The position numbers and the translations under genes are program-made. DNA of 64,000 nucleotides from Podarcis tiliguerta (Eukaryota): the NCBI GenBank assembly GCA_965153285.1, contig OZ229122.1; one strand, given 5' to 3'. Of this stretch, positions 52,530-64,000 are shown piece by piece. The notes beneath the pieces were generated by a model that saw nothing but the letters and a program-made list of their open reading frames with translations, was not told the DNA's origin and ran no database searches. Every line of letters starts with the position of its first letter. The first letter of the stretch is position 1.

Positions 52530-52897
52530 CAGGGGTCGTCAAGGTTTACCTTGCCTGAGCCAATTCACTCCAGCAGAGGTCCCTCGGTGGGCCAGATTGC
52601 GCATGCGCATAAGCGTGTCTGCCCACGATTTCCGCCGTCGGCGTCTGTATCTGCACAGACACGATTTCCAGCGTCTGCACCTGCACAGACGTGATTTTCA
52701 GTGTCTGCATCTACACAGATGCAATTTCCGGCGTCTGCTCATGTGCAGACGTGATTTTCGGTGCAGCGAAAGCGAGTCCCCACGCAGCACCGTTTTAGCG
52801 CAGCACGGGGGGACTCGCTGAGTGGGCGGCTCATGGGCCGGTTAAACAACCTGTGTGGGTCACTTGTGGCCCATGGGCTTTAGGTTGCCGACCCCTG
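52530..52897. mobile_element. hAT non-autonomous element
   Basis: TIR CAGGGGTCG...CGACCCCTG with perfect 8-bp TSD ATATATGC; internal repeats of about 30 bp. Confidence 0.93.
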
Positions 52898-53350
52898 ATA
52901 TATGCTATACAAGGAATAGCGCTGGTGTACAACCAATCATTCATGTCAGCTAAATCCAGTACCATCCTGACTGGCAACAGCTGTCCAGCTACAGCCTCTT
53001 TCAGCTCTATTACTCAAGCGAAGATCCTTTCAACATGCTCTAATTTGGGACCATATTTTCCATTTCCGGCAAGGGAGCCCCAATCCTAACCATCCCACTA
53101 ATTTAGAAGCCTGTTTTACACGTTCCATATACCCGGTATCCTCTCCATACATTCCAAAGCTGCTTTCTACATCTGAGGCCTTGAGTTTTTCTTCACTATC
53201 TGTGCCATTTTCATAAAGCCAAATCACATTTCAAACACCAGATTATTTCATTTGCAATGAGAAATGAGCAGATACATAAATTCTAACAAGTCCTGGTCCA
53301 TAATATTACCAACCCTTTGTGGAAGAGGTTTACTTGGTTATTCCCCTTAC

Positions 53351-54229
53351 CTATCCATGTCATCTTCCCCAGGCAAGACAGGTGGAAAAGGAAGCGGAGG
53401 CAACGTTGACGTTTTCAGATGCGGAACAGCAGTTGTCACAGATACATGCGCCTTTAAGGAGGACTGCATGGCGGGTTGAGAGTTAGCCTGAGTAGTCAGA
53501 GATGTCCTGGAGTGGGTAGACGAGGGCAGACACGATGGAACTAAAGCAGGGGTGTGAGTGGCAGGTGACTGGGCAGGTGGCAGAGGGGGAATAACTGGTG
53601 ATGGAGGCAAAGGGGGTAACGGAGGAGGAGCCTGAGCAGGGGGCGACGATGTTGGCAGAGGAGGTAGTGACTTAACAGAAGGCAAAAGAGGTGGGACCTC
53701 TTGCTTGGCTGTGTCTGTTTCCTTTGGGGTCACAGTTTCCTCCTTTCCGCCTGCAAGTTTCATATCTTTTGTTCCCATTGCTTTCGAGTCTTTAACTGAA
53801 GCAGGAGGTTTCTTCTCGTGGTTCTCTACTGCCTTTGTTTTTAGGGGCTCGGGAGTAGTTTTTGTCTCTGTGTTGTGCTGTGTGACATTTGCTGGCTCAA
53901 TGTCAGAAGGGCACTTCTCAGGTTTAGCCGTTTTTGCCTTTTTGGCCTCAACCGCTGGCTCTTTAACTTCAGCCAAACTGTTTTCTTTCCTAGATAAAAC
54001 ACTAGGAGAGTCCTTCCTCTCCTTCCCATCAACCTTTGCTGCGGCTGCAGCAGCAGCTGCCCTCTCTTTTTTCTTTCTGCTCAGTTCAGCTCCCAGGCTG
54101 GAGTTCAATGGTAGCCGAGCAGGTGAGATACTGGAATGGCGACTGCGGGACCCAGATCTCTGCTTTTTGTTATGCGAAGATGAGTGCCTCGAGTAAGCAG
54201 GACTTCTACTTCGAGACTTCACTGGCTTC
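53351..54229 (-). CDS. CDK12: CDK12 exon 2 (end of RS domain, polyAla, Pro-rich motif)
   Basis: ttccacag|GAAGCC; [16 protein letters not shown]...[26 protein letters not shown]...[13 protein letters not shown]; donor gtaagg. Confidence 0.96.
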
Positions 54230-54553
54230 CTGTGGAAAAAGAAGAGGAAAATCAGAATCTCCAAAGAATGCTACAGTCGTGTTTTATGTAAAAACACAAA
54301 CCTTTAGCTCTCAAAGGCGTGGGGGGCTTGCTTGAAGTGTGTAGACATGGCTATGATCCTGTGGCTCCAATGAGCATTTTAACTCCTCGCCAGCTTCCCC
54401 ATTTGCTTCTATTAGAGGTTCTCAGCCACATTTTTTTTTACAACACATTAAACAATCAGTCACTGCGCTACCTGCTAAAGGAGAGGTGGACAACTTCTGG
54501 CCATGGTGCATTCGGCTCCTAGCCAACTTGCCTGGGGGCTAGAAACACTACGC

Positions 54554-54735
54554 CAGGGGTCAGCAACCTTTTCCAGCCGTGGGTCGGTCCACCATCCCTC
54601 AGACCATGTGGTAGACTGGACTATATTTGGGGGTGGCCGAATGAACAAATTCCTATGCCCCACAAATAACCCAGAGATGTATTTTAAATAAAAGCACACA
54701 TTCTACTCATGTAAAAACACACTGATTCCCGGACA
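54554..54735. mobile_element. hAT non-autonomous element fragment
   Basis: Starts CAGGGGTCAGCAACCTT (same TIR class as 52530); second TIR not seen. Confidence 0.6.
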
Positions 54736-57209
54736 GGTCAATTGATCACCGTAATCTAAATCATTCCTAAACAGGAACACAGGAACATAGGGGGTGAAAT
54801 TCGGGTAAAAGAATATGTACTAAACAGTTACCTCACAAGTTCAAAAATGTTAAACCAACTTTTGGAGTCAGGTGTTTTCAGAAGATGAAGCATTTTCTTT
54901 GAAATGAAAACTCAACCAAATCCTGACACTCTGTCTTAGCTGACAAGGACAAGATGCTGCTAAGAGCCATTTTAGCAGCTCAAAATGTAACGTTCCTGAA
55001 GATAGTGAAGTTTTATTTGGTTGCCTTATTATTTACAGGTGATTTGAAAGTTTGGGCATATATTTTACAACCACTACTGAAAGACAGCATAAGTTTTGAT
55101 ACTCACAGGCAGTGATGGAAAATTCCCAGCTGCATTTTTCACTAAATGCACAGGACTGAATGCACTGCTGCTTATGACAGGCAGGGACAATTTAAATTAG
55201 GCTCTGAGATTTGGCTGTACAAGGACCAGGAGACTGGGGAGGAGGGCACACACAGCAGAAGGCAGCCCCTCTAGGAGCAACCAAAAGGAGTGTCATTGAT
55301 TCAGTTTAGTAAACAAACTGAATTCAGGCCAGTCACTCTAACTTCATTCTGTGTGCACATCAGACTGTCAATAAGTAACTACAACAGGCATACCTGCCAT
55401 TTCAGACTGTTCAAACTCTCTGAATGGCCTCTGACATGGGAAATGCCAGTTGGGTTCTTGGTGATAGCTAGCTCACTATTCACAGTTGCTATTCTGAAAG
55501 CCTCCATCAGGGAAAATAGCCAGTTGCCAGGTAGGTTCTTCCCTGGGTGTGCCTCCCTTGACTGGGGCACAAATCAGATTGTTTTCCCTAGAGCAGATGA
55601 CCATCACCGTTGGGGACATCCATTTATCCTACACACACAATCACCAGGATGTTTTCTTGTAACTCCTTCAAGGACCCTCCAAGTCATATATGCAAATATC
55701 CACTTGCCTGGCTTTCCAGGCTGAGTAAGAATCACTTTCAAGCAACCAAGCAGCGAAGCTTTGATACACTGCAAAAAAGCTCTTTTATTTTTTCCAGGCT
55801 GTTTGAAAGCTCTATGTCCATGTAACTCTATCCCTCCCTTTTGTTTTGACTAAGACACATCCAAAGAACTGCAAGTGGAATGTCTGAGCATCTTTTCTCG
55901 ACTCTCAGGAACCTACTGTGACAATCAGAAATTGCCTCATCTGCATTTTCAAACTTTTCAAGAATTTATTTATAACAGCAGACTTCAAAAGAGTGCCCCA
56001 CAGAACTTCCATAATAAGAAGACTAGAAACGGTTGTCTGAAAAGATCATTTGTTCACCATTATCCAAAACAATATTTCCCTGGAATGCACACAGCACTGC
56101 AGTATTCTCGGGCACACTTTAATTTCAGTGAGGTGATGGCTACACACAGCAGGCCTCTCTTGCAGTCCATAAATCCAAGCATGTATGCTAAGACATTTCC
56201 CAGAATCCTCTGAAGTGTGAAGGAACTGCACAGTAGATGGGCCAATGTGGAAAAGGTTCCTGCAGGTAGGGTATTTCCCATGCTCTGCAACCCCACTCTC
56301 ATTAAACAACATACCTGCCTCTGCTCACTTAAGAATTTGGCTAGAAACTGGACCCCACCCCTGTCCAAAGCAGGCAGCTCATTTGATACTTGGCTTCTTC
56401 AAATTCTGAAATATTTATTTAGCCCTAAGGGGTCTTTTCCTATTGTTCCCATGAAACAGTCCAGAAGCAAGAGAACATGCTTTCTATCGAGGAACATTAA
56501 CTTTCTGCTCCCAATTGGAAAAGGAGGTGAACTAGAGCAAGCTAAGGGTTTTTTTAAGCACCTGGTGAAATAACGCAGCATACACATAAAGAAAAAAAAG
56601 TCAAGAGCAGACAAATCCAAAGAGATGAACAAGGGTGTATGAAAACAAACAGGAAAGAGATCCCCCTCATAGGTTCACATATTTAAATATTTAAACATCT
56701 ACTCTGTTCAAGCTTACTCTACCTAGTACCTAACAAAGGCTGCACCAGGCACTTCTTTTCATAGCAGCTTCCTAAAAGTACTTAAGGTACCCCAAGTACT
56801 TGCAATCAGCTCTCATTATCCAGTTCTTTTTCATTAAAAAGAGATGCTGTATGCCAGAGAGAATTTTCTGATAGCACTTGCTCCTTAATGAGCAGGAAAT
56901 GGCAGCTGCACTTGCTCTACACTGTTTAGAAGTAGCTGCCAGGAATCAACCTGCCTGACCCAAGAGATATTACTACTGTTGTACAGGTGGGGAATGGTGG
57001 CTGAGAGACAGGGATTTGCTGAAGGCTATCCACAGAGTTCATGGCTTGGCAGATACGACCCCACTAGAATCTAGTGACTAGGTAGCCAAAACAACAAGAT
57101 GGTGACTATATGTTTGTTTAGCACTGAGAAGGTGTTAGGCACTAGATAGAGCACAAGGAGCTTATAGTCAAATGGCAACTTTGCACATTCAAAGCACCAG
57201 CAGCAAGCT

Positions 57210-57582
57210 CAGTGTTCGAAACTCCCATTGCTCTAGGCGCATTTTACAACAGGGAATTTCATAAGTATGAGCAGTTTCTGAGCTCTGGGAGCAGTACTGT
57301 GCCTAAGATTTCATATTAAAACTGCAGAGCAGAAGGAAAGGAGGACCTTTTTCTTCCACCCCACTTCCAACTACTCTGTGAAGACTGGAGAATATTAGTG
57401 GGGTGGGCAGGAGAAGGACTAGCCCATGTGAAAAATGAACATAGTATTTTAGCCGCAGTTCATTCATTTTCAGCTTGTATTCTTGTTATAAAAAGTGCAC
57501 ATAGACATTTCTTGGTGCGCCCATAACCTAGGTTTAAGGTGCCATTTAGTTCCTAGCTTTCATATCTCAGTTTCTAACACTG
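57210..57582. mobile_element. hAT-like MITE in CDK12 intron 1
   Basis: TIR CAGTGTTCGAAACT...AGTTTCTAACACTG, 8-bp TSD AGCAAGCT/AACAAGCT; related copy at 51372-51709. Confidence 0.85.
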
Positions 57583-59071
57583 AACAAGCTGTTGGGTGAT
57601 CTGTGGTGATCTGTGACCAAAGCAATTCTGCACATCCAGATTATGAAATAACTAAGTTTCAGAAATGACAAAAATGTAACCTCATTCTAAGTAAACTGAA
57701 CAGGTGAAAGGTGTTGACTGATTGTTAAAAACATTTTACTGCCCCCAAGGTCAATTTAAACAGATTGTAGGATGCCTGGATTCCCTTGAAGGTGATCACT
57801 AGCTGTACTCAAAAGGGATTTCTGAGGTACTGACATCTAAAGTGAATGTGGTAATGGATCACAAGCAAACATTTCCACACACATCTTGAGATTTGGGTCA
57901 CATACACCACAACTCTTACATATGGGGAGATTTCATATTCATCTGTTCTACCTTCACAAAAGCAGCTATCCAAGGCAGATTTAATTGAAACCAAGTTCTA
58001 CTGAAACCAGTGGAACTTGGTAACCACATAATAGGCACAAATCTTGTGAGAAACAGGTACCTTGGATACCACTGCAATCTGAGACTTTGGTTCTATTGAC
58101 TTCAACGTACCTCACTTTCTACTGCTCAATATACTTAGGATCAAGATGGAACAGTTCTCTGCAACTCTAAACCTTGCTTTTTTAGTTAACATAAGCAAGA
58201 TTTAGTAAAAGGTATCCATCAATTTTCCCATTCTGTGAATCCCCACCAGCTGTATAGATTAGCAACTGACATGCCACAAAATGGAACCATGGTTTGCCAC
58301 TTCAGAAATTGTGTTCAAATCATGGTTCACTTTTAGGGGTCCCATTAAACTCTAATTTAGTATGATAAGGATGAGCTGCAGTAGCTTCCATTTCCCCTAT
58401 CCCCTTTTCTGGTGTAGCTCCAAAGAGTTTTTTTGTTTCCGATTTTCATTAAAGTGCGTTTCATTCAGTGCGTTATCTGAATCCTAAATTGTGGTTGATG
58501 CTAACTATGATTTGCTTCAACAAGGCAACTTAGCACATGGTTTTAAGTTACCTTGTTTCAAACAACAAACTAGTTAATCTAAACCAAAACTTCTAAACAT
58601 CTCCTCAAAGCCATGCAGGAGCAGAAAAAGGAAGCATGTTATTCCAACGCTCACTGTACTCATTCTTGTCATGCTAAACTATGGTTTAGCACAGCCTTTC
58701 CCAAACTAGTACCCTCTAGGTATCAGCCCCAACCTATCAGCCCCAGCCAGCATGTACAAAGATCAAGAATGATGGGAGTTGTAGCCTAAAAAAATCTCCA
58801 GGCACCAGGCTGGGGAACAATGATTCAGCGCGACATCTGAACTGAGCCAGTGTCTCACTGGCTGAATGGGTTTGGTTACCTTTCAAACTCAGATCCCCAA
58901 TGCAATAAAGTGAAAATAATAATTATCTAATCAAGCAACAAAGACCTTGTACCCTAAACAAATCACGTTACAGGGGAGAAGCAAATATTTTTTCTTATCT
59001 GACTTCAGGACACTAGCACCATCTGAACCAAAGAAGTCAAACACTTTTAATTAAAGATAAAGGCCACGCAC

Positions 59072-60132
59072 CTGGACACAGGACTTCGACTCAGCGACCG
59101 CTTGGAAACAAAAGGACTGCTGGAGCGCCTTCGGTTGAATGGGCTAGGCGACCTTCCACTGTAAGACCCACTTCCCCTCTCGTAGCTTGATGAACGCCTC
59201 CTGCTGTATGGGCTGACCGACCGCTGCCGCCTGCCGTAAGGGCTGGGAGAGCGCATATTGGATTGGTATGCAGCAGGCTCCTTGTATGGTGGGCTGACTG
59301 ACGGTCTCCGTGAAGACCCACCGGGACTCTTCTTGTAGGAATCATAGTTACTGGATGTGTGTGAGCGTGGAGGGCTGAGATCATAGTCCTGCGTGTAAGA
59401 TGCTCCTGAGGGGCTATCATCCTGCTTGGGACTGTCTGACCACTTGCGATGGGGACTTCTGGATTTCCGCTTTGGACTGTCCAGCGATTTGTAACTTTTA
59501 GGAGCATCCCTTTTCCGGTGACTTTTGCTACGGTCTTTGTGACCGGACTTAGTCTCTCGTTCTTTCCTGGACTTTTCCTTGTGCGATTTGGCTGACCGGG
59601 ACTCCTTGCTGCTGCTCTTGAATGACTTAGATGAATGGTCATCATTCTCCTCATGCAGCTTTTTGGAGGCCCCCGACACCCTTTCTTTAGTGGAACTCAA
59701 CTTGCCTGAGGAGTCTTGGTTCCTGTCCAGCCTCTTCTCTTTGTCTACCAGCTTGCTTTTCATCAACTCACGGACTCGCTTGTGTTGATGATGCCGATGC
59801 CTGTGTAGCCGGTCACTCCTTTCCGATGTCCCTTTTCTTTCATCATTCTCCCTGCGTTCCAGCTTGAGGACTGCTTCATCTGAAAAGGTGTCCGAGTCAG
59901 AGCTGATATCATCATACTCCACCAATGGCTTGATCATGCTGCCGAGCGGTGCTCCAGCTTCTTGGGCCCCCATCGGTGAGTCTTTGGAATGCCTGGACTT
60001 GTGTCGTTTGTGCTTGGAGAGTCGGTGCCTCTCTTTGCTGTTTGAACTGCCACTGCTGGACACTGCTTCTTGATGCAAGGACCCCCCTCCTCCTGAATCC
60101 TTCTTACCCCCATGTCTCTCTGGGTTTGGCAT
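59072..60132 (-). CDS. CDK12: CDK12 coding exon 1 (N-terminus, RS domain)
   Basis: MPNPERHGGKKD...PLVEYDDISSDSDTFSD...SRSPVS; donor AG|GTGCGT, phase 2. Confidence 0.97.
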
Positions 60133-60779
60133 TCCTTCTCCACTGTGCTTGAAAAGAGGGGGGAATCCTCCAAAACCCCCAAAGTCTAAACCTCAACTTA
60201 CCCGCTTCCAAAACAGGAGGGCTGCGTTCACTTTCGTTACCTTTTCCTACATTCAACCCACCCTTCTCTCTCCTACATGGGGCTGAATGTGGTTTCTTTA
60301 CAAGGATCTGGGTCGACAAAGTATATTACGGGAGAAGTCGCCCCACAGGCTACCCCCAACCCTCTGAATAGGGGACAAGCAGCAATGGCAAGAATGTCCC
60401 CTGTTCTTAGACTTCAAAGGTAGGATGGAAGACCCTGAACAAGTACCCTACCTCAGTTATCCACCAGTTTCAGAACATAAACACGCCAGGAGCACTAACT
60501 AAGATGCTCTTAGGTCCCTTTGTAAATGGGCAATGAGTTTGGGACTTCTCCAACCTGCTGCCCAACCCCCCACAAAAAGAGAGCTTCAGAAAAAGACCCC
60601 ACCCCACCCCCAGTTTTCTGAAGCAGCGGTCCCCCAAACAATAGGCCCCTTCGTTTCTAAGCCACCCTTGGTGCTCCTCTTGGTCAGGGATACCCCCTCC
60701 CCACTAACTCAAGGTCCCCGTGGAAAGAAAGATGAGGGTCGGACTTAGTTCCTACCTCAAACACCCCCTAAGTTCCTGA

Positions 60780-62560
60780 GAAGAGAGCACGGGGGCGGGG
60801 AGATGGGCACACCTCCACCCGCCCCAAGGCCTGGCTGTGTGGGGAAACCCCTGGGCCCCTGCGTCCCCACCGAGGGGGCTCGCCTGCCCTCAGCCTGAGT
60901 CTCTAGCGAGGCCCCCAAGCCGGGACCCCCACCTTCCTCTTCCTCCTAGTACTTCCCAGAGCGAGACGGAGCCGCTTCCAGGTCCGGGTGGGGGGAGGGG
61001 TTGGGGGGGAAGAGGAAAGGTAGAAAAGTGAGCAAGGGAGAAGGTTAGCCACCAACTCTCGCGAGAACGTGGGGAGAAATCGCCGTCGTCGTCCTCCCGG
61101 CCGCCGACGCCGTGGCTTCCTTTGCAGCCGCTCGGGGGTTCCTTCCCCCAACTCCTCTCTACCTGCTCCTGTTTCTCCAAATATCGCGAGAGCACGCACA
61201 TGCGCGCGTGTGAGCGCTCGGTCGCCCTCCTTCGCGCGCAGGCGCACACGGTCGGAACGCAGGAGGAGACTAGAGAAGTCTCGCGACGCCGGGCGCTGGA
61301 AGCAAATAGGGAAGCGGGGCGGGCGAGGGGGGGGGGACTTGAAGGCCGATGAAGCTATTTTTTTTCTCGTAATCTCGCGGGACGTGGTTTTATCTTTCAA
61401 CAAAACTTTATTTCATGGTCACCGCAGACGACAGCATTCCTGAGGAAGGAAACTTTTATTAAGGCAAAGCGCAAGGTTGTTTTTATAAGGAGGGGCCGTG
61501 AACTGCCATTCATTCATTCATTTCTTCCTGTACCGTTCAACAAACTTTATTGAAACTTCTCACACTGTAGTTCTGGAGACATATATCTTTCAACAAAACT
61601 TTATTATTGATTCCCCTCCCCCTTGGCAACAGGAACAAACGAACTTATGAATGGCCGTTTCTTCGCCTTCTCACTTTCAGCTTTTTCAGCGAATACTTTA
61701 ATGGGCCGCTTGGTAACCATGACAAAACACCACAGGACGCGGACAAACATGGTCCTTCTCATCCTTCGACAAAAGTCTTCCATGTTTAAAGCAAACAACA
61801 ACAACAAAGCCCAGCTGTTCGAGTGAAAGAGTTAAAAAGTGCGACCTTTTAAGAAGCGGGTCGCGTATGTGTCCATATCTCGCGAGAGCTTCCCCTAGCC
61901 TTTGCCGGTTGGCCGCACCGCGGGATTTCCTCGTGAACTTTCTCCCCTCCCCTTGTCCTTTTTTCCCCCCGAATCCCGCGAGAAGAAGCGCGACTTAGTA
62001 TCGCGCGGCCGGCGGCGGGATGGCGGTTGCTGCGGGGTAGCATCTCAGGCCAACTGCTGCTCTCGCCCGGCCTCGCCGCCTCCACCTCGGAGCGGGAGAG
62101 GACCTCTCCCCCCCACCTCCACATGAGGGAGAGCGGAGGGGGGCACCTGGCCCCTCTCCCGCCCCACCACGCTCCTGAGGGATGAAGGCGGCCCAAGGGG
62201 GCGCCGAGGGTGAGTGACGGGGGGGGGGTCAAGCTCTCTCGCTTTCCTTTGGCAAATGGTGAGGGTGAGGGTGCTCGAGTTTCGTAGGAAGACCGGGCCC
62301 CTTAGACCAAGGGGGGTTGGGCGGGACGGGAGTCCGAGCGGCGGTTTGTAGATTTCGTTAAGGTTCGCCCGCCAACGCTGCCCAATCCTTTGCGGAAAAG
62401 CATCGGAAGTTCTCTGGCGAAGAGGTCAGAAGGGCCTCACTGCTCCTCGTTCAAAGAGAGCTACGGGGCCTTCCATGGACGGGAGGAAAGCGCTTCCGGG
62501 AAGACGTCGGACCTCATTCGTGGATTCTTCTCCGGGAGTTGTGTACAGATTGGAGTTAGG
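60780..62560. promoter_or_regulatory. CpG island / bidirectional CDK12-MED1 promoter
   Basis: High GC and CpG density; TCTCGCGAGA at 61057 and 61878, TATCGCGAGA at 61182, variants at 61279, 61373, 61974; NRF1-like GCACATGCGC near 61196; GC box near 61316; YY1-like GATGGCGG near 62019. Confidence 0.9.
62182..62209 (+). CDS. MED1: MED1 first coding exon (MKAAQGGAE..), gene continues beyond the window
   Basis: GGGATG AAG GCG GCC CAA GGG GGC GCC GAG G|GTGAGT, phase 1; resembles human MKAQGETE|E; head-to-head with CDK12 as in mammals. Confidence 0.85.
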
Positions 62561-63424
62561 GAGTTTTTAAAAAGGCCCCACCCCCCTTTTTTAATTGTAG
62601 CATCCAGGGGTGTCGACTCGAATAAAATTATTATTATTATAAAATATGGGGGTGAGGGTGAAACGCAATCAATCACAAGACCCAGCACATGCACGCCATT
62701 TGAATGGCGGTGCCTGTGAACTTGGGGCTGGGGGTGGGCTAGGAGTCTGCTCCTATGGTAGTATCTGCAAAGCATTCAACAGTTGAATGCTTCTTCAGTG
62801 GGGGCGAGAAACAAGTTTGGCTTTCTTTTCTTTATTTAAACGTGCTCGATCTCTCTCTGCCGCCTGCTGTTAAGGCGGGTGTGAGGAACCTATGGGCCTC
62901 AAGATGGTGCTGTGCCCCAGATCCCATCATAACTGACCATTGGCTCTGCTGGCTAGGGCTGATGAGAGCTGGGATCAAACGACATCTGGAAGCCAGCAGA
63001 CTCCCCATCCTGCAGGTGGAAAGGGGCTTGGTGGAACGCCCAAAATGTAGAAGCTGTTATGGAATTTACTGCTGAATCCTATACTGTGCTTACTTGGTAG
63101 TAAACCTCACTATGTTCAGTTGGCCTGACTAGTAGGCTAGTACATGTTTAGGACTGTAGCCTTTGCAGTCCTCCATCATGCAAGAGATGAGCTTTGTAGA
63201 AAGAGAAAGGTACTTTCATGGACTTTAAACCTCAGAAAGGAGCTGGATGTTTCTTTAGCATATGCTAACCACCATGTTGAGTTAAATCAAAGGTTCTTTC
63301 AGGCCTTTTGTCTGCAAGCAGTGACTAGCTAGCAGACCCAGGGATGTGTATGGAGGACATGCTAGAGGTTTTGCTTTTCAAAACACAGAGTGAAGAGTAG
63401 GTTTTTAAGGTTTCTGGTGAGGGT

Positions 63425-63620
63425 GGACCATAGCTGAGTAATAAAGCACTTGCTTTGTGTGCATAAGATCTCAGATTCAATCTCTGGTATATCCAGTTAG
63501 AAGACCATCAGCAGTGCTTTGAAAGACCTTTGTCTGACCAATAAATAACATGAGGCTTAGCTGCCCATCAGTAGACAGTAGTGGCCTAGATGGACCAATA
63601 TGCTGAGTATATGACAATAT
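63425..63620 (+). mobile_element. Degenerate tRNA-derived squamate SINE (a similar head lies at about 5437-5500)
   Basis: A/B-box-like head and CTAGATGGACCAA 3' motif. Confidence 0.5.
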
Positions 63621-64000
63621 AAGATGATCATCCTAAATGGAGATAGATAACTTGGTAGAAATGTTAAGGAAAGAAAAAATTGCAGTTGTGTTACTACCTA
63701 GAAATATGCTGTCTACACTTGTCACTCTGCAGCTGCCTAAGAATTTGAAACTTTTCCAGCACTGTAAATGACATACATAATACCCATAATTAAATGGAGA
63801 TGGTTTTAGAGGTGTTGATGCCTTCTGCATTTTTGCAGCTTTTCAAAAAAATAGCAACATCCAAAAAGAAATCAATTTTTTTAAAAAAATTCTAGGCTGC
63901 CTGCCAACATGCACCTCTTAGTCATTTGTGGGTTTACAGCTTTCCTGCCTTGTTACCTGGAGGTAGTTCTTACTTCACCACAGGCAGTCGGGTGAGTTGC

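Noticed and set aside
60890-62232. Long ORFs over the CpG island
   Set aside because: Expected from stop-codon scarcity in GC-rich DNA; no recognisable protein.

Overview
Vertebrate genomic DNA, most likely a lacertid lizard (Sauria/POM-type SINEs, BovB tail, lizard Tc1/Mariner and hAT MITEs). The main feature is a complete CDK12 gene on the minus strand: 14 coding exons from 60132 to 32291, all GT-AG with consistent phases, about 1494 aa, and a 3'UTR of about 2.1 kb ending near 30170. CDK12 sits head-to-head with the first coding exon of MED1 (62182-62209, +) across a CpG-island bidirectional promoter rich in TMTCGCGAGA (BANP-type) motifs. Positions 1-3974 hold the 5' LTR and leader of a minus-strand ERV with tandem arrays. 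Positions 4-30 kb are TE-rich intergenic DNA with candidate enhancer blocks and a strong CTCF motif; by mammalian synteny NEUROD2 would lie just left of the window. I found no novel protein-coding system. The best leads are regulatory: (1) a strand-specific poly(A)-signal array between the divergent promoters; (2) a perfect 5' splice site reconstituted at the CDK12 exon 4/5 junction; (3) intronic poly(A) signals that could give short CDK12 isoforms.
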